The notes under the pieces are model-generated. The model did not search any database. It was not told the origin of the DNA and saw nothing but the letters and a program-made list of their open reading frames with translations. The translations under genes were made by a program, and so were the position numbers. 64,000 bases of DNA. Source: Cyanophyceae cyanobacterium. Its GTDB lineage: Bacteria > Cyanobacteriota > Cyanobacteriia > Cyanobacteriales > Laspinemataceae. Where the stretch lies: the NCBI GenBank assembly GCA_038321985.1, contig JBBQFN010000005.1, forward strand, positions 32,001-96,000, given 5' to 3'. Positions 1-10,549 of the stretch are shown in pieces; position 1 is the stretch's first letter; each line of letters opens with the position of its first letter.

Positions 1-967
1 TCAAAAACGGTTTGCGTACAATGCAGACCGGCTGCTTAACCGATTTTGGTATTATCCCCGTTATCTAAGCCCACAGGTTTCCCAGTTCGATTTGTTTCAC
101 GTTGCTGATCACAGCTATGCCCAGTTAGTCCACGCCCTCCCTCCAGAGCGAACGGGAGTCTTCTGTCATGACATTGACGCCTTTCGTTCCCTTGTGGAAC
201 CGGAGCTAGAGCCAAGACCGGGCTGGTACAAAGCCATGTCCCAGAGAATCTTGGGCGGGTTGCAAAAAGCAGCGGTTGTATTTTATTCAACAGCAGAAGT
301 GCGGAAACAAATTGAAGCTTACGGCTTAGTGGAACCGCGCCGCCTCATCCACGCTCCTTATGGAATTGCTCCCGAATTTTCACTGACTCACGCTCTGGTA
401 AGTTCCGCAGACCGAGAGATACTAGGGTCAATTGAAGAAGATCCTTTTATCCTACACGTCGGCAGTTGCGTTCCGCGCAAGCGGATAGACATCCTCTTAG
501 AAGTATTTGGGCGCTTGCGCGAAACTCATCCCAAGCTGCGGTTGGTCAAGGTCAGCGGTGAGTGGACGGCAAGTCACCAAGAGCAGATCCACCAACTTGA
601 TCTGGGCAAATCTATTGTCCATCTGCAAGGATTGGAGCGAAAGACCATCGCCGAACTCTACCGCCGAGCTTCCACCGTGCTGGTGACCAGCCAATCGGAA
701 GGGTTTGGCCTGCCAGTGATAGAAGCCTTGGCCTGTGGGGGCATAGTAGTGGCCAGCAACATTCCTGTTCTGCGGGAGGTGGGTGGGTCTGCTGCTGTGT
801 ACTGTCCCCCTGGAGATATATGGGCTTGGGTTAAAACAGTTGAGGAATTGTTGGTACATCCTAATAGTGCACCCCCCCTCGAACTGCGTCAGGCTCAAGC
901 TCAACAATATTCGTGGTCGGCCCATGCCCAAACTATTGCCGAGGCTTATTTACGACTATCTATTTAA
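1..967 (+). CDS. Glycosyltransferase family 4 (GT-B), 5'-truncated by window edge
   Basis: Frame of ORF 92..967 stays open back to nt 2; GT4 motifs HVGSCVPRKRID and SEGFGLPVIEALACG. Confidence 0.9.
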   Translation, partial: QKRFAYNADRLLNRFWYYPRYLSPQVSQFDLFHVADHSYAQLVHALPPERTGVFCHDIDAFRSLVEPELEPRPGWYKAMSQRILGGLQKAAVVFYSTAEVRKQIEAYGLVEPRRLIHAPYGIAPEFSLTHALVSSADREILGSIEEDPFILHVGSCVPRKRIDILLEVFGRLRETHPKLRLVKVSGEWTASHQEQIHQLDLGKSIVHLQGLERKTIAELYRRASTVLVTSQSEGFGLPVIEALACGGIVVASNIPVLREVGGSAAVYCPPGDIWAWVKTVEELLVHPNSAPPLELRQAQAQQYSWSAHAQTIAEAYLRLSI

Positions 968-977
968 ACGAAACCCA

Positions 978-2255
978 ATGAAAATTTTGTTTGTCAATCC
1001 CGTAGGAGCGATCGGCGGGGCAGAAAGATCCTTGCTGACTATCATGGCAGCTTTACGAACTGCCGAGCTAAACCTTGAGCTATACCTCATCGCAGGTACC
1101 GAGGGTCCCCTCATCGCCAACGCTGAAAGCCTCGGCGTACAAGTGAAAGTGCTGAAGCTGCCTGATGCAGTCAGCCAACTGGGTGACAGCGCCTTGAAAG
1201 GAAACAGCCCCTTCACCGGGGCATTCAAGTTATTGGTTCGCTCCGCCTGGATTTTACCCGCCCTTGGGCAGTATCTGGTGGACTTTCGGCGATCGCTCCG
1301 GGAAATTAGTCCCGATATTATTCACTCGAATGGGATTAAAGCCCATCTGCTGTCAGCTCTAGCTGGCTTGAAAAAAGTACCTGTTGTTTGGCACATCCGC
1401 GATTTCTACGGTTCTCGACCATTAGTGGCGCGGATGCTGAACTGGGCAAGTGGCAGCGCGGCAGTGGGTATCGCCATTTCTGAAGCAGTGGCTGCCGATG
1501 CAAGGGCAACTCTGCCTCATCTGCCCATTCAAATGATTTACAATGCTGTCGATGTCAATTATTTTTCCCCAGAAGATCCGCAGTTAGAAGACATGAGGGA
1601 GGCAAATACTTCAACTCAAAATACCCTCGGTGACCCCTCCCATCGACCTCTCCGGATTGGCCTAGTCGCCACCTTTGCTCGGTGGAAAGGCCATGATGTT
1701 TTCCTAGAGGCTGCGGCTAATGTTGTTCGCCAGCGCCCGGATTTAAACTTGCGTTTTTACATTATTGGCGGGCCAATTTATAAAACTCAGGGTTCTCAAT
1801 TTTCTGAGGAGGAATTGCGAGACCAAGCGGCAAATCTCCAAATTCAAGACCAGGTGGATTTTCTGGGGTTCCAAGCGGACATCGCCGAGGTTTACCGAGG
1901 GTTGGATGTCGCCGTTCATGCCAGCACGCAACCGGAGCCATTTGGTCTCGCTATTGTGGAAGCGATGGCCTGTGGTAAGGCGGTCATTGTCTCCCAAGCG
2001 GGTGGTGCTGCGGAGTTATTTACCCATAACGTTGATGCGGTGGGGGTACCACCGGGAGATGTCGCCGCTTTATCCGCCGCGATCGCCCATCTGGCTGACA
2101 ATCCTGATCTGCGCCAGTGCCTCGCCGACAATGCCCGCAAAACTGCAACCGAGCGTTTCAATCACACCCGGTTCAGTCAGCAAATTGGGGAACTCTACGA
2201 ACAATTTACCAGGGTCTCCCAAATTGAGGGAACTTCAAAACATAAAATTTTCTAA
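978..2255 (+). CDS. Glycosyltransferase family 4
   Basis: ATG at 978 (MKILFVNPVGAIGGAE), 10 nt after the upstream stop; WKGHDVFL and EPFGLAIVEAMACG motifs. Confidence 0.92.
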   Translation: MKILFVNPVGAIGGAERSLLTIMAALRTAELNLELYLIAGTEGPLIANAESLGVQVKVLKLPDAVSQLGDSALKGNSPFTGAFKLLVRSAWILPALGQYLVDFRRSLREISPDIIHSNGIKAHLLSALAGLKKVPVVWHIRDFYGSRPLVARMLNWASGSAAVGIAISEAVAADARATLPHLPIQMIYNAVDVNYFSPEDPQLEDMREANTSTQNTLGDPSHRPLRIGLVATFARWKGHDVFLEAAANVVRQRPDLNLRFYIIGGPIYKTQGSQFSEEELRDQAANLQIQDQVDFLGFQADIAEVYRGLDVAVHASTQPEPFGLAIVEAMACGKAVIVSQAGGAAELFTHNVDAVGVPPGDVAALSAAIAHLADNPDLRQCLADNARKTATERFNHTRFSQQIGELYEQFTRVSQIEGTSKHKIF

Positions 2256-2324
2256 GAGAGATCCCCCCAACTCCCCTTAACAAGGGCTTACAAAAGTAGT
2301 TTTTACACTCATAGTGATTTGCCA

Positions 2325-2652
2325 CACTTCCGGTCCCCTCCCCTTGGCAAGGGGAGGGTTAGGGTGGGGTCTCCCCTGACATGGGGATCTCCACGTCACG
2401 CACTCTGAAAGGTTGAAGCGCTTGTATAGAGGCTGGCTCCAACCTCTTTACTTCGTGAAGCGCGATCTCGCCTGTACGAGAAATCTCCGCACTTCCGGTT
2501 CCCTCCCCTTAGCAAGGGGAGGGTTAGGGTGGGGTCTCCCGTGACGTGGAAATCCCCACGTCACGCAAGCTGAAAGGTTGAAGCACCTGTATGGAGGCTG
2601 GTCCACCCTCTTTACTTCGTGACGCGCGATCGCGCCTGTACGAGAAATCTCC
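2325..2652. repeat. Tandem duplication of a ~165-bp unit (2325-2488, 2490-2652)
   Basis: Both copies begin CACTTCCGG..CCCTCCCCTT(G/A)GCAAGGGGAGGGTTAGGGTGGGG and end CCTGTACGAGAAATCTCC. Confidence 0.95.
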
Positions 2653-2720
2653 ACCCACTCCTTCCTGTTGAAGCGCGGTAAGCGCAGCTATCCCGTAGGG
2701 AATCGCGCTTCACCGCCGAC

Positions 2721-2765
2721 ACCCCACCCTAACCCTCCCCTTGCTAAGGGGAGGGGACCGGAAGT
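2721..2765 (-). repeat. Inverted copy of the 45-bp head of the 165-bp unit (cyanobacterial CCCCACCCTAACCCTCCCC repeat family)
   Basis: ACCCCACCCTAACCCTCCCCTTGCTAAGGGGAGGGGACCGGAAGT is the reverse complement of 2491-2535 (near-identical); degenerate copy at ~47167-47210. Confidence 0.9.
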
Positions 2766-2839
2766 TCACTTAAATTTGAGACAACTCTCCCTGAACGTAA
2801 ACAACCTACTGACGACCCCACTTGATTTATGGAAATCCC

Positions 2840-4945
2840 TTAAGAACGGGTCGTGTTAATCATGTAATTAGAAGAGACAGTTTTGGCGCTAACACCATTG
2901 ACTACCAATCCTAAAACATTTTGATGAGCCTGCTGCAATAACTCTTTGGAAAAAGTAACATTAACCGAATCGGCCACTCCAGGACGGACCACGAGTAAAA
3001 TTCCATTGGTAATTTTCCCCAAAATCGTAGCATCAGCAGCGACGGTCAGGGGTGGGGTGTCGATGATGACAAAATCATAATTTTGTTGAGCGTAGTCAAT
3101 CAAAACTGCCATTTGACTAGAATCCAGAAGAGCCACGGGGTTAAGGGTAGGTACTCCCGCCGGAATCACTTCTACATTGCGCATCACCGTTCGCACCGCT
3201 TGATTGAATTCGCACTCCCCTAAAAGAACGCTGCTCAACCCGATCTCATTGGGGATATCCCAGATTTCATGCTGACTCGGGTGACGCATATCCCCATCGA
3301 TTAGCAATACCCGGCGACTAAGCTGCGACATGGTAACGGCCAAATTCGATGCGATCGTAGATTTCCCTTCTTTGGGAACTGCACTGGCGACTACGATAAC
3401 TTTGACGGATTGCTGTTCATTCAAAAATTTCATATTAGTCTGAAGCATCCGAAAGGCTTCACTGACTGGGGAATCCGGCGCATTTCTAACAATTAATTCC
3501 GGAATCCTGCGCAGCGGAATGCGGCTGGAAAATAGGGGAATACTGCTGAGTAAGGGATAACCGAGCAGGTTTCGCGCCGCTTGGGGGCTTTTTACGGTTT
3601 TGTCCATGCGCTCTAACAGCAAAGCCGTCGCGCCACCCAGCAAAATCCCCCCTAATATTCCTTGCACCAAATTCATATATTGACGGCTTTTCAGGGGCAA
3701 TGTAGGAACCACAGCCGGGGTGACAACCCGCGCATTCCCCACTTGTTGATTTTCCGCAACTTGAAGTTCCTGGTATCTCTCCAGAAGCCTTTTATAACTC
3801 GTCTCCTTAGCATCGATTTGGCGCTCTAGCTGGCGCTGCTGTAGCTCTAGCTGGGGTAGAGTATTCGCCCGTTGCCTGTAAAATTGCCCTACATTGTCTA
3901 AAGATTGAATTCGCACTTGCAAACTCAACCGTTCCGCTTCTGCTTCTGCCAGCCTACCTAAGAGCCCTTGTTGTAACCCTTGCGGTCTAAGTTGGACAAT
4001 TTTTTCGGGATCGTTGATCTCGATCAATCGTCCTGCAGAACCGACAAAACTTTGGGCTATCCGCTGCTTAAGTTCCTCTTTGAGAATGAGTTCTTGTTCC
4101 TTGAGGTAATCTAGCTGCGGGTGAGCATCGGTCAGGCGCAACCGCTCAACTTCAATTTGTTGCTGAATTTGTTGTAACTGGGCCAGAGCCGGAATGGTTG
4201 TAGGAGACTCCCCCACAATCCCCCCCAATACCGCCTCCTGAGCGCTGACGCCAAACAAGTTACGAACTGACTCCACCCGGGCGGTTTGAGCCGCTAGCTC
4301 TGACTGGGTGGCCGCTCGCTGTTTGTCAAGTTCCGTGAGAATATCCACGGTTGCGGTAGCTTCTGCCTTTAAATCTAAAACTCGATTCAGTTGTTTGAAT
4401 TCTTGGAGTTCTTCTTCCGCGACTTGTAAAGCATCAGAACTCAAGGGCAGCTGTTGCTCGATAAAATTGCTAGCGGCTTTGGTTTCACTCCGATTCGCGT
4501 TGATATCGTTGTCGATATAAACTTTCATGAGGGTGTTGATAATGGCTGCCGCCTTTTTTGGCTCTCCATCTTGATAAGACATCTCTAAAATGTCGGTTCC
4601 CCTAATATTAGTCACGCTCAAATTCCCCACAATTGATTGTGGAGTTTGAGATAAGTTCAAATTTTTTACAGTTTGTTCAGCTAGGGGAACCGACTTGATG
4701 ATAGCTGCTTCGTTTTCCAGGGGGTTACCCCGCACGGAGTTTTCTAGCTGCCCCAAGTTACTGCCCACCCCAGTTAAAGAAGAGGTGCTGTTCTTTTTTA
4801 ATAAAATTTGGCCTGTAGCTTGATAAATAGGAGCCTCATTTAAGGTCCTAAATAAGCTGAGGGCGAAGACCGTTGTAAAAACAAGAGAAGCGGGTAACCA
4901 ATGACGCTTGAAAACCGATAAGTAATGCAAAGATTCGTCTATCAT
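2840..4945 (-). CDS. wzc: Polysaccharide co-polymerase / BY-kinase (Wzc/GumC family)
   Basis: N-terminal Wzz-like TM, long coiled coil, second TM, Walker A SAVPKEGKST, LLIDGDMRHP, FVIIDTPP. Confidence 0.92.
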   Translation of the reverse strand: MIDESLHYLSVFKRHWLPASLVFTTVFALSLFRTLNEAPIYQATGQILLKKNSTSSLTGVGSNLGQLENSVRGNPLENEAAIIKSVPLAEQTVKNLNLSQTPQSIVGNLSVTNIRGTDILEMSYQDGEPKKAAAIINTLMKVYIDNDINANRSETKAASNFIEQQLPLSSDALQVAEEELQEFKQLNRVLDLKAEATATVDILTELDKQRAATQSELAAQTARVESVRNLFGVSAQEAVLGGIVGESPTTIPALAQLQQIQQQIEVERLRLTDAHPQLDYLKEQELILKEELKQRIAQSFVGSAGRLIEINDPEKIVQLRPQGLQQGLLGRLAEAEAERLSLQVRIQSLDNVGQFYRQRANTLPQLELQQRQLERQIDAKETSYKRLLERYQELQVAENQQVGNARVVTPAVVPTLPLKSRQYMNLVQGILGGILLGGATALLLERMDKTVKSPQAARNLLGYPLLSSIPLFSSRIPLRRIPELIVRNAPDSPVSEAFRMLQTNMKFLNEQQSVKVIVVASAVPKEGKSTIASNLAVTMSQLSRRVLLIDGDMRHPSQHEIWDIPNEIGLSSVLLGECEFNQAVRTVMRNVEVIPAGVPTLNPVALLDSSQMAVLIDYAQQNYDFVIIDTPPLTVAADATILGKITNGILLVVRPGVADSVNVTFSKELLQQAHQNVLGLVVNGVSAKTVSSNYMINTTRS

Positions 4946-5348
4946 TGTGAGAAGTATTTAAGGATTTCTTCCAATACACTGCTATCAACTACCATCATCC
5001 TAGACGCTCCCTAAATCCATAATTTCTGCAAGTGGGAATTTAGAAAAATAGCCGGATTGCACTCAATGTTAATAACTGATAGGCAGTTAGGCCAAATAAT
5101 TTGCACCCGCTTTACCACCGAAAACTCTGTTCTGCCGTAGATGCAGGAGCCATTTATTTTGACCCTGCACTTAAGAAAGTTCCTAGAATTTCAGGAAAAG
5201 CAATAAAGATCGCAACAATTTTTGTTGAAGCTCCAGGCTTAGTATAAACCGGGCTTTAAAAAGGGTCAAGGGTCCAATTCATGGTGCTGGGTGACGAAGC
5301 AGGGATGCTAGGTGTTCCCCATCGGGTCAGAATTCCTCCGCAAGAAGG

Positions 5349-6140
5349 TCATGGGCTAACAATTGCGGACCATTGTACTTTTTTTTGCCCATCTCGACGA
5401 TAGGAAAAAAAGTTTTCCGGCTCTTGATAGGTACAATGGGGGGCACAGGCAACTTCTTCGGAATTTATTCCCAGTTGCTCTAACTGTAACTGAATGGTTC
5501 GTCGGACATCTAACCGGACTTTTCCGGGTTCGGAATCGGGCAAGATGGGCGAATTGGGGAACCCTTGAACGGTTTTTAAAATGTCATTCGGAGTCTCTAA
5601 ATCAACTAGACTGGCACAGGTTTGGATGGCAACTTCTGTGTTGACTTGATACACTTCGCCGGAGATGGCGGGTCCGATCGCCACTCGTAATTGCTCTAAC
5701 TTACTCCCTCTTGCTAACATTTGTGCGATCGCCACAGGTACGATATTTGCCGCTGTCCCCCGCCATCCTGAATGCAACGCCGCCACCTGTCCCGTCTGGA
5801 TATCCCCAATCAACACCGGGGAACAATCCGCGCTACAAACCCAGATTGCTTCCTGGGACCCTGCACTCATTAACCCGTCTGCTTCTGGTTTCTCTGGAGT
5901 CTCCCCTGCTAATTCGGTTTTCTGGAGGACCTGGGGGGTTAATTTTTCGGTACTGAGGACTTTATTCCCATGTACCTGTTTGACTCGATAAACCACGGCT
6001 GTCGGTTGCAGGACCTCCACCAATTCCTCGGGCGATCGCGGCCAAAATTGCTGGGTGAAGAATCCGTGCGGCCAGGGTTCCAGTAAACTACAGGTCAAAT
6101 AAGGCAGTCCGTTCCAATTCCGCCAGTGCCAAGTATGCAT
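5349..6140 (-). CDS. pgeF: Peptidoglycan editing factor PgeF (YfiH/laccase-domain)
   Basis: KQVHGN, ADG, SADCSPVL, HSGWRG, GPAISG, FFSYRR motifs; ATG start at 6140 preferred. Confidence 0.93.
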   Translation of the reverse strand: MHTWHWRNWNGLPYLTCSLLEPWPHGFFTQQFWPRSPEELVEVLQPTAVVYRVKQVHGNKVLSTEKLTPQVLQKTELAGETPEKPEADGLMSAGSQEAIWVCSADCSPVLIGDIQTGQVAALHSGWRGTAANIVPVAIAQMLARGSKLEQLRVAIGPAISGEVYQVNTEVAIQTCASLVDLETPNDILKTVQGFPNSPILPDSEPGKVRLDVRRTIQLQLEQLGINSEEVACAPHCTYQEPENFFSYRRDGQKKVQWSAIVSP

Positions 6141-6297
6141 CTTTGGTTTGAGGTTAAACAAATAATCAATGGTTTAAGGACGTGAAGAGCAACACCCTCA
6201 GACTACAACCCCAATTGGAAGAACTCCCAAAATTTTTCATCCTGAATTTCCATTTCATGCTACCTTAAACCACGGACTCTTTACCTAAACTGCTCCT

Positions 6298-7188
6298 GTG
6301 GGCCTGAATCAAGACTACCTAGAAAATATTTTGCGGGGTCTGCGATCGCAGCACACCCTTAATCGGGGGATGACCGACGGGGGTTTCGCCTCATTACCGT
6401 CGTTACTACCGTCATCCCTGGACTTTTCTATCCAGATCTTTGATCAAGTCTCCTCGACCAACGAAACCCTCTGGACCCTACTCGAATGCGGTGCACCCGC
6501 TGGGACTGTGGCAATTGCCACTCGTCAAAGCTCCGGAAAAGGGCAACGGGGACGCCAATGGAAATCATCTCCGGGGGGTCTTTACCTCTCCCTGGCCTTG
6601 ACACCCAACCTCAGCGCCAGCCATGCCCTGCTGCTGACCCTCTGTAGCGCTTGGGGAATTGCGACTACCTTACGCGCTTACAATATCCCGGTTGGGCTGA
6701 AATGGCCTAATGATCTGATTCTCGACGGCTACAAATTGGGGGGCATCCTCACGGAAACCAAAATCCATCAGGGACAAATTACCAAAGCAGTCGTCGGGGT
6801 GGGCATTAATTGGTCCAACCCTGTCCCCGCAACCGGCATCAACTTGCAAACCTTCCTTGGTGACTGCCCTCATCCTGGGATCACATCCCTGGAAATGTTG
6901 GCGGCCCTGACCCTGTGGGCAGTCGCCTCCGGATATCAAACCTTTTATCAGGAAGGAGTAGAGACTTTGCTGCCATCCTACCAAAATCTCATGGTTGGTA
7001 TCGGTCAACCCTTATCGGTAGAGGGCTCGGCAGGGTTTGTGGTAGGAGTCAGCAACACGGGAGAACTGCGAGTTCGCCTGAACGAGTCCCCATCGGGCCC
7101 CAACCACCCATTTACCCGTGCTTCTACTACAGAAATCGAGTTAATGCCCGGTACAATTAACCAGGGGTATCCCCTTCCCAGGGCCTAA
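6298..7188 (+). CDS. birA: Biotin--[acetyl-CoA carboxylase] ligase
   Basis: SSTN, QSSGKGQRGRQW, LKWPNDL, KLGGILTE, VGVGIN. Confidence 0.95.
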   Translation: MGLNQDYLENILRGLRSQHTLNRGMTDGGFASLPSLLPSSLDFSIQIFDQVSSTNETLWTLLECGAPAGTVAIATRQSSGKGQRGRQWKSSPGGLYLSLALTPNLSASHALLLTLCSAWGIATTLRAYNIPVGLKWPNDLILDGYKLGGILTETKIHQGQITKAVVGVGINWSNPVPATGINLQTFLGDCPHPGITSLEMLAALTLWAVASGYQTFYQEGVETLLPSYQNLMVGIGQPLSVEGSAGFVVGVSNTGELRVRLNESPSGPNHPFTRASTTEIELMPGTINQGYPLPRA

Positions 7189-7267
7189 CTGCGCGGTCCT
7201 TGCCTTCGGGAACCGTGCGTTGAAACCGTTAATCCTTCTAGGAATCTATAGCCAAGAGCGAATTAAA

Positions 7268-8965
7268 ATGAGCCAGCGAAATCAATTTTCCCGCACTCCT
7301 TTAAGTATTATTTGTCAGGCTTCTCTCCTGTTGCAGGGACTTGCTTTGATTCCCTCCCTCAGTGTTCTGGGTGGCGACACCGATGCCAACGCTCAGACTC
7401 CAGCGGATGCAGCCGACCCCTTCGGTCAAGCCGAAATGGCTCCCCCTCCGGCTGAATCTGTTCCGTCTGAGCCGGAACCCTCAACGAGCGCTCAATTATT
7501 ACAACCTTTACAACTACAACAAGCTGATGATACAGCCTTGGGCGGGGTTGAGGAAACCCCGGCAGAACCCTGGTTTGCCGAAGAAGCCTCTCCCGACCCC
7601 TTAGATAGTGCCGGGGTTACACCCTGGTATCCAGAATCAAACCCGGCCAATAGGACCCTCGTCGCGCAACCGGATCCCATTGGAGACTACACCCGAGAGG
7701 CGATCGCCCCACCGGAAGATTACCCAACTCCCGAGACAGCAAGCGCCGCATCCACCTTACAAGACATCCACCAAAGCAATCTGTACGTCGATCCGACAGA
7801 TTATAATCTGCCTACCCCGAATAATCCCCCCCCTGTGGAAGCGGATGCTGTAGCTACACCCGCGCCACAAGACTCGAACCCATACGCCGCCAGCACCCCG
7901 CCAGCGCCCGAGGTTGTGGAACAGGCGGCTAGAGTTGAAGAACCTATCCAGGCCCAATCTCAGGAAATGGAATCGCACCTTTACTCAGAGGAGGTGCTGC
8001 CCGTTCCGGCATCGATTCAGGACGCACAACAGGCGAATCTCTACAGTCCTGCGGCACAACCCCTGGAACCCCCGGCGATCGCAGCCCCAGTAGGAGCCTA
8101 CTATCCAGAACCGGAACCCGTTTACTATGCAGAACCGGAAACTTCCTATGCAGCACTGCCTCAAGTCCCGGTGAGAAGCGATCGCGCCGCATACCAGGGA
8201 GGCTTAGGAAAAGCCGATATCGACGGCATCCACTATCGCACCAAAACCGCTGCACGAAACTTTGACTGGAAACGTCTGGGACGTCCCTCTGGTCGTCAGG
8301 GGAACGGCAACACCAGCATGATTTTCCCCCTGGCAATTCCCTCGGAAATTACCTCCTTATTTGGCTGGCGGACCCATCCGATTTTTGGGGATAGCCGCTT
8401 TCACTCGGGGATAGACTTCGGTGCACCCACGGGAACTCCCGTCGTTGCTGCCTATAGCGGAACCGTCTCGATCGCCGATTGGATGGGGGGTTATGGTCAA
8501 ACTGTCGTACTCCAACACCAGAATTCCACCCTGGAAACCCTCTACGCTCACCTCTCCGAAATCTTTGTCAACCCCGGAGAAGTGGTCGAACAAGGACAAG
8601 TCATTGGAGAAGTGGGCAGCACCGGCAACTCCACCGGACCTCACCTCCACTTTGAACTCCGGGAGTTAACCCCTGAAGGTTGGATGGCTATGGACCCCGG
8701 GACTCAAATGGAATATGCTTTAGCACAATTCATTCAGTCCCTAGAGGGTGCTCCGCAAATTGCCTCTCTTACCTCAGGCAATTCCACTCTGACAACTCTA
8801 CCTTCCTTAGATATGCCTGCACCCCCTCCCCCCCTAGCATTTTTGAACGCTCCCGCTAATATGGAAGTAACTTCAGCAACCTTACTCGGCGTTCCCGCAC
8901 CACCCCCACTTCCAGCACCTCCGGTTCCAGTTACCTTAGAGGTAACTATTCCCCGTATTGAGTAA
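7268..8965 (+). CDS. M23 family metallopeptidase with long Pro/Ala/Glu-rich N-terminal region
   Basis: FHSGIDFGAP, YAHLS, GNSTGPHLHFE; start may be 7220 (TTG) or 7268 (ATG). Confidence 0.92.
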   Translation: MSQRNQFSRTPLSIICQASLLLQGLALIPSLSVLGGDTDANAQTPADAADPFGQAEMAPPPAESVPSEPEPSTSAQLLQPLQLQQADDTALGGVEETPAEPWFAEEASPDPLDSAGVTPWYPESNPANRTLVAQPDPIGDYTREAIAPPEDYPTPETASAASTLQDIHQSNLYVDPTDYNLPTPNNPPPVEADAVATPAPQDSNPYAASTPPAPEVVEQAARVEEPIQAQSQEMESHLYSEEVLPVPASIQDAQQANLYSPAAQPLEPPAIAAPVGAYYPEPEPVYYAEPETSYAALPQVPVRSDRAAYQGGLGKADIDGIHYRTKTAARNFDWKRLGRPSGRQGNGNTSMIFPLAIPSEITSLFGWRTHPIFGDSRFHSGIDFGAPTGTPVVAAYSGTVSIADWMGGYGQTVVLQHQNSTLETLYAHLSEIFVNPGEVVEQGQVIGEVGSTGNSTGPHLHFELRELTPEGWMAMDPGTQMEYALAQFIQSLEGAPQIASLTSGNSTLTTLPSLDMPAPPPPLAFLNAPANMEVTSATLLGVPAPPPLPAPPVPVTLEVTIPRIE

Positions 8966-8977
8966 TACTTAATATTT

Positions 8978-9280
8978 AACAACTGAAGTCGTTCATTTCC
9001 CCGTTTGTAGTAACGACTTCAGTTGTTCATTTCCCCGTTTGTAGTAACGACTTCAGTCGTTTCTCCAGCCTTAACAACTAGCAGGGGTTCAATCTCCTTC
9101 CTACGATCTAAAGCTGGTTAAAACGGACTGCTAACCTGAGAGTAAAACAGTAGACTAATTTCAATCTTGGCTCATCTGAAAACTTTTTAGATAATTTCTT
9201 GGGCGGTCAAAACCGACTTGAACTGACAGCAGGTCGTTACTAACAACATTAAGAGACGACAGCAAGTCGTTACTACAAAC
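8978..9280. repeat. REP-like cluster: two direct 34-bp units (8994-9061) facing two inverted copies (~9225-9280)
   Basis: GTTTGTAGTAACGACTTCAGT(C/T)GTT on +; ACGACAGCAAGTCGTTACTACAAAC (inverted) at 9256-9280. Confidence 0.85.
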
Positions 9281-9510
9281 TAAAGAGTACAACTAATTTT
9301 GGCTTAACAATTCTTTATGGCGGCTGCTAAAAAATATAGGAGTTAGGGCTTGTGTTGTGGCAGCCTAGGCTATATTATGTAAAAATAGAAGGCTTGACTC
9401 TATTAAAATTTTGAATTATATCTCCATTATAACATAGTATATCAGAAGAGAGAAACAGACGCAACCCTGCCGCAAAAAAAAATGCGCCGGGGTGAGATTG
9501 AAGGGGGAAA

Positions 9511-10230
9511 TTAAAGATAGCCATTTTCTGCCAAAAATGAGGGGGAAATCTCCTCAAAACTGGAAACAGAGGCAGTGACCTGATCTGAGGGAATGTCCGA
9601 TCCAGGAGAAGCGAACCCAGAACGGACAAATTTAGCAACATATTTGCCCAAGATATCAGCTTCTAGGTTAACCCAGTGACCGAGTTGGAGATAGCGGAGG
9701 TTAGTTTCTGCATAGCTGTGGGGGATGACAGCAGCGGTAAAGTGAGTGCCTGCTGCATCACAGTCAGCGATGGTTAAACTGATGCCATTAACAGCAATAC
9801 TCCCTTTCGGCACGATGTAAGGGGCAATTTGGCGCTGCCATAACTGCGGGGAAGAGGGGGGTGCAGTAAAGGTCATTTCCCAGGAACTAGCGGTTTGTAC
9901 AGAGTGTTGTAGGCAGCCGATTCCATCCACGTGACCCGTAACAAAGTGACCGCCTAATTTGCTGCCTACGCGCAAAGAGGTTTCTAAATTGACGTAGGTA
10001 TGAGAGATGGTGGCGAGGGTGGTGCGATGGAGGGTTTCCGGGGAGGCGATCGCAATAAAACCTCGGGGCAAAATCTCGACTACGGTCAAACAAACCCCAT
10101 CGACAGCGACACTATCTCCTAATGCTAAATCCGTTAGCACTGCTTCCGCGCCAGAATGACAAGAAATTTTGAGGTTTTCTGTCCCAGTCGCCTCCACAGT
10201 GCCTAATCCCTGAATCAATCCGGTAAACAT
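9511..10230 (-). CDS. ribE: Riboflavin synthase (alpha chain)
   Basis: MFTGLI N-terminus, GDSVAVDGVCLTV, GGHFVTGHVDG, KGSIAVNGISLT, VNLEAD. Confidence 0.97.
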   Translation of the reverse strand: MFTGLIQGLGTVEATGTENLKISCHSGAEAVLTDLALGDSVAVDGVCLTVVEILPRGFIAIASPETLHRTTLATISHTYVNLETSLRVGSKLGGHFVTGHVDGIGCLQHSVQTASSWEMTFTAPPSSPQLWQRQIAPYIVPKGSIAVNGISLTIADCDAAGTHFTAAVIPHSYAETNLRYLQLGHWVNLEADILGKYVAKFVRSGFASPGSDIPSDQVTASVSSFEEISPSFLAENGYL

Positions 10231-10549
10231 GGCTTTTTCCTTGAAATTGCATAAACTCTCGATAGCTCGTTACCATTTTTGTCAGTCCCCTGTCAATTTT
10301 TTATCAAATTCCTGGCAAAAGAGGGAACGCAGCGAGCAAAGAAGGAGGCATACTGGAATTTATAAAGCTAAAAAAAGCACAGTGGCCGATCGGAGGTAGG
10401 TACCAGGCGGCTGCACTTCGGGTTGAACCTAACCGTTTTGACTTAACGTTATAGTTAAGCATAAACCTGCCTGCAACCGGAGAATGAGACTTGCTTTAGA
10501 GGTGCCGAGTTCATTACCCCCCATAGCGTGTTCTAAAGAGGCCGAGCCG

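Noticed and set aside
783..977. N-terminal extension of the second GT4 in the ORF track
   Set aside because: Overlaps the upstream GT4; the family-typical start MKILFV is at 978
2448..2859. Short ORFs containing PHPNPPLAKGR
   Set aside because: Translations of the repeat element, not genes
10231..10549. FMN riboswitch upstream of ribE
   Set aside because: No RFN consensus elements visible
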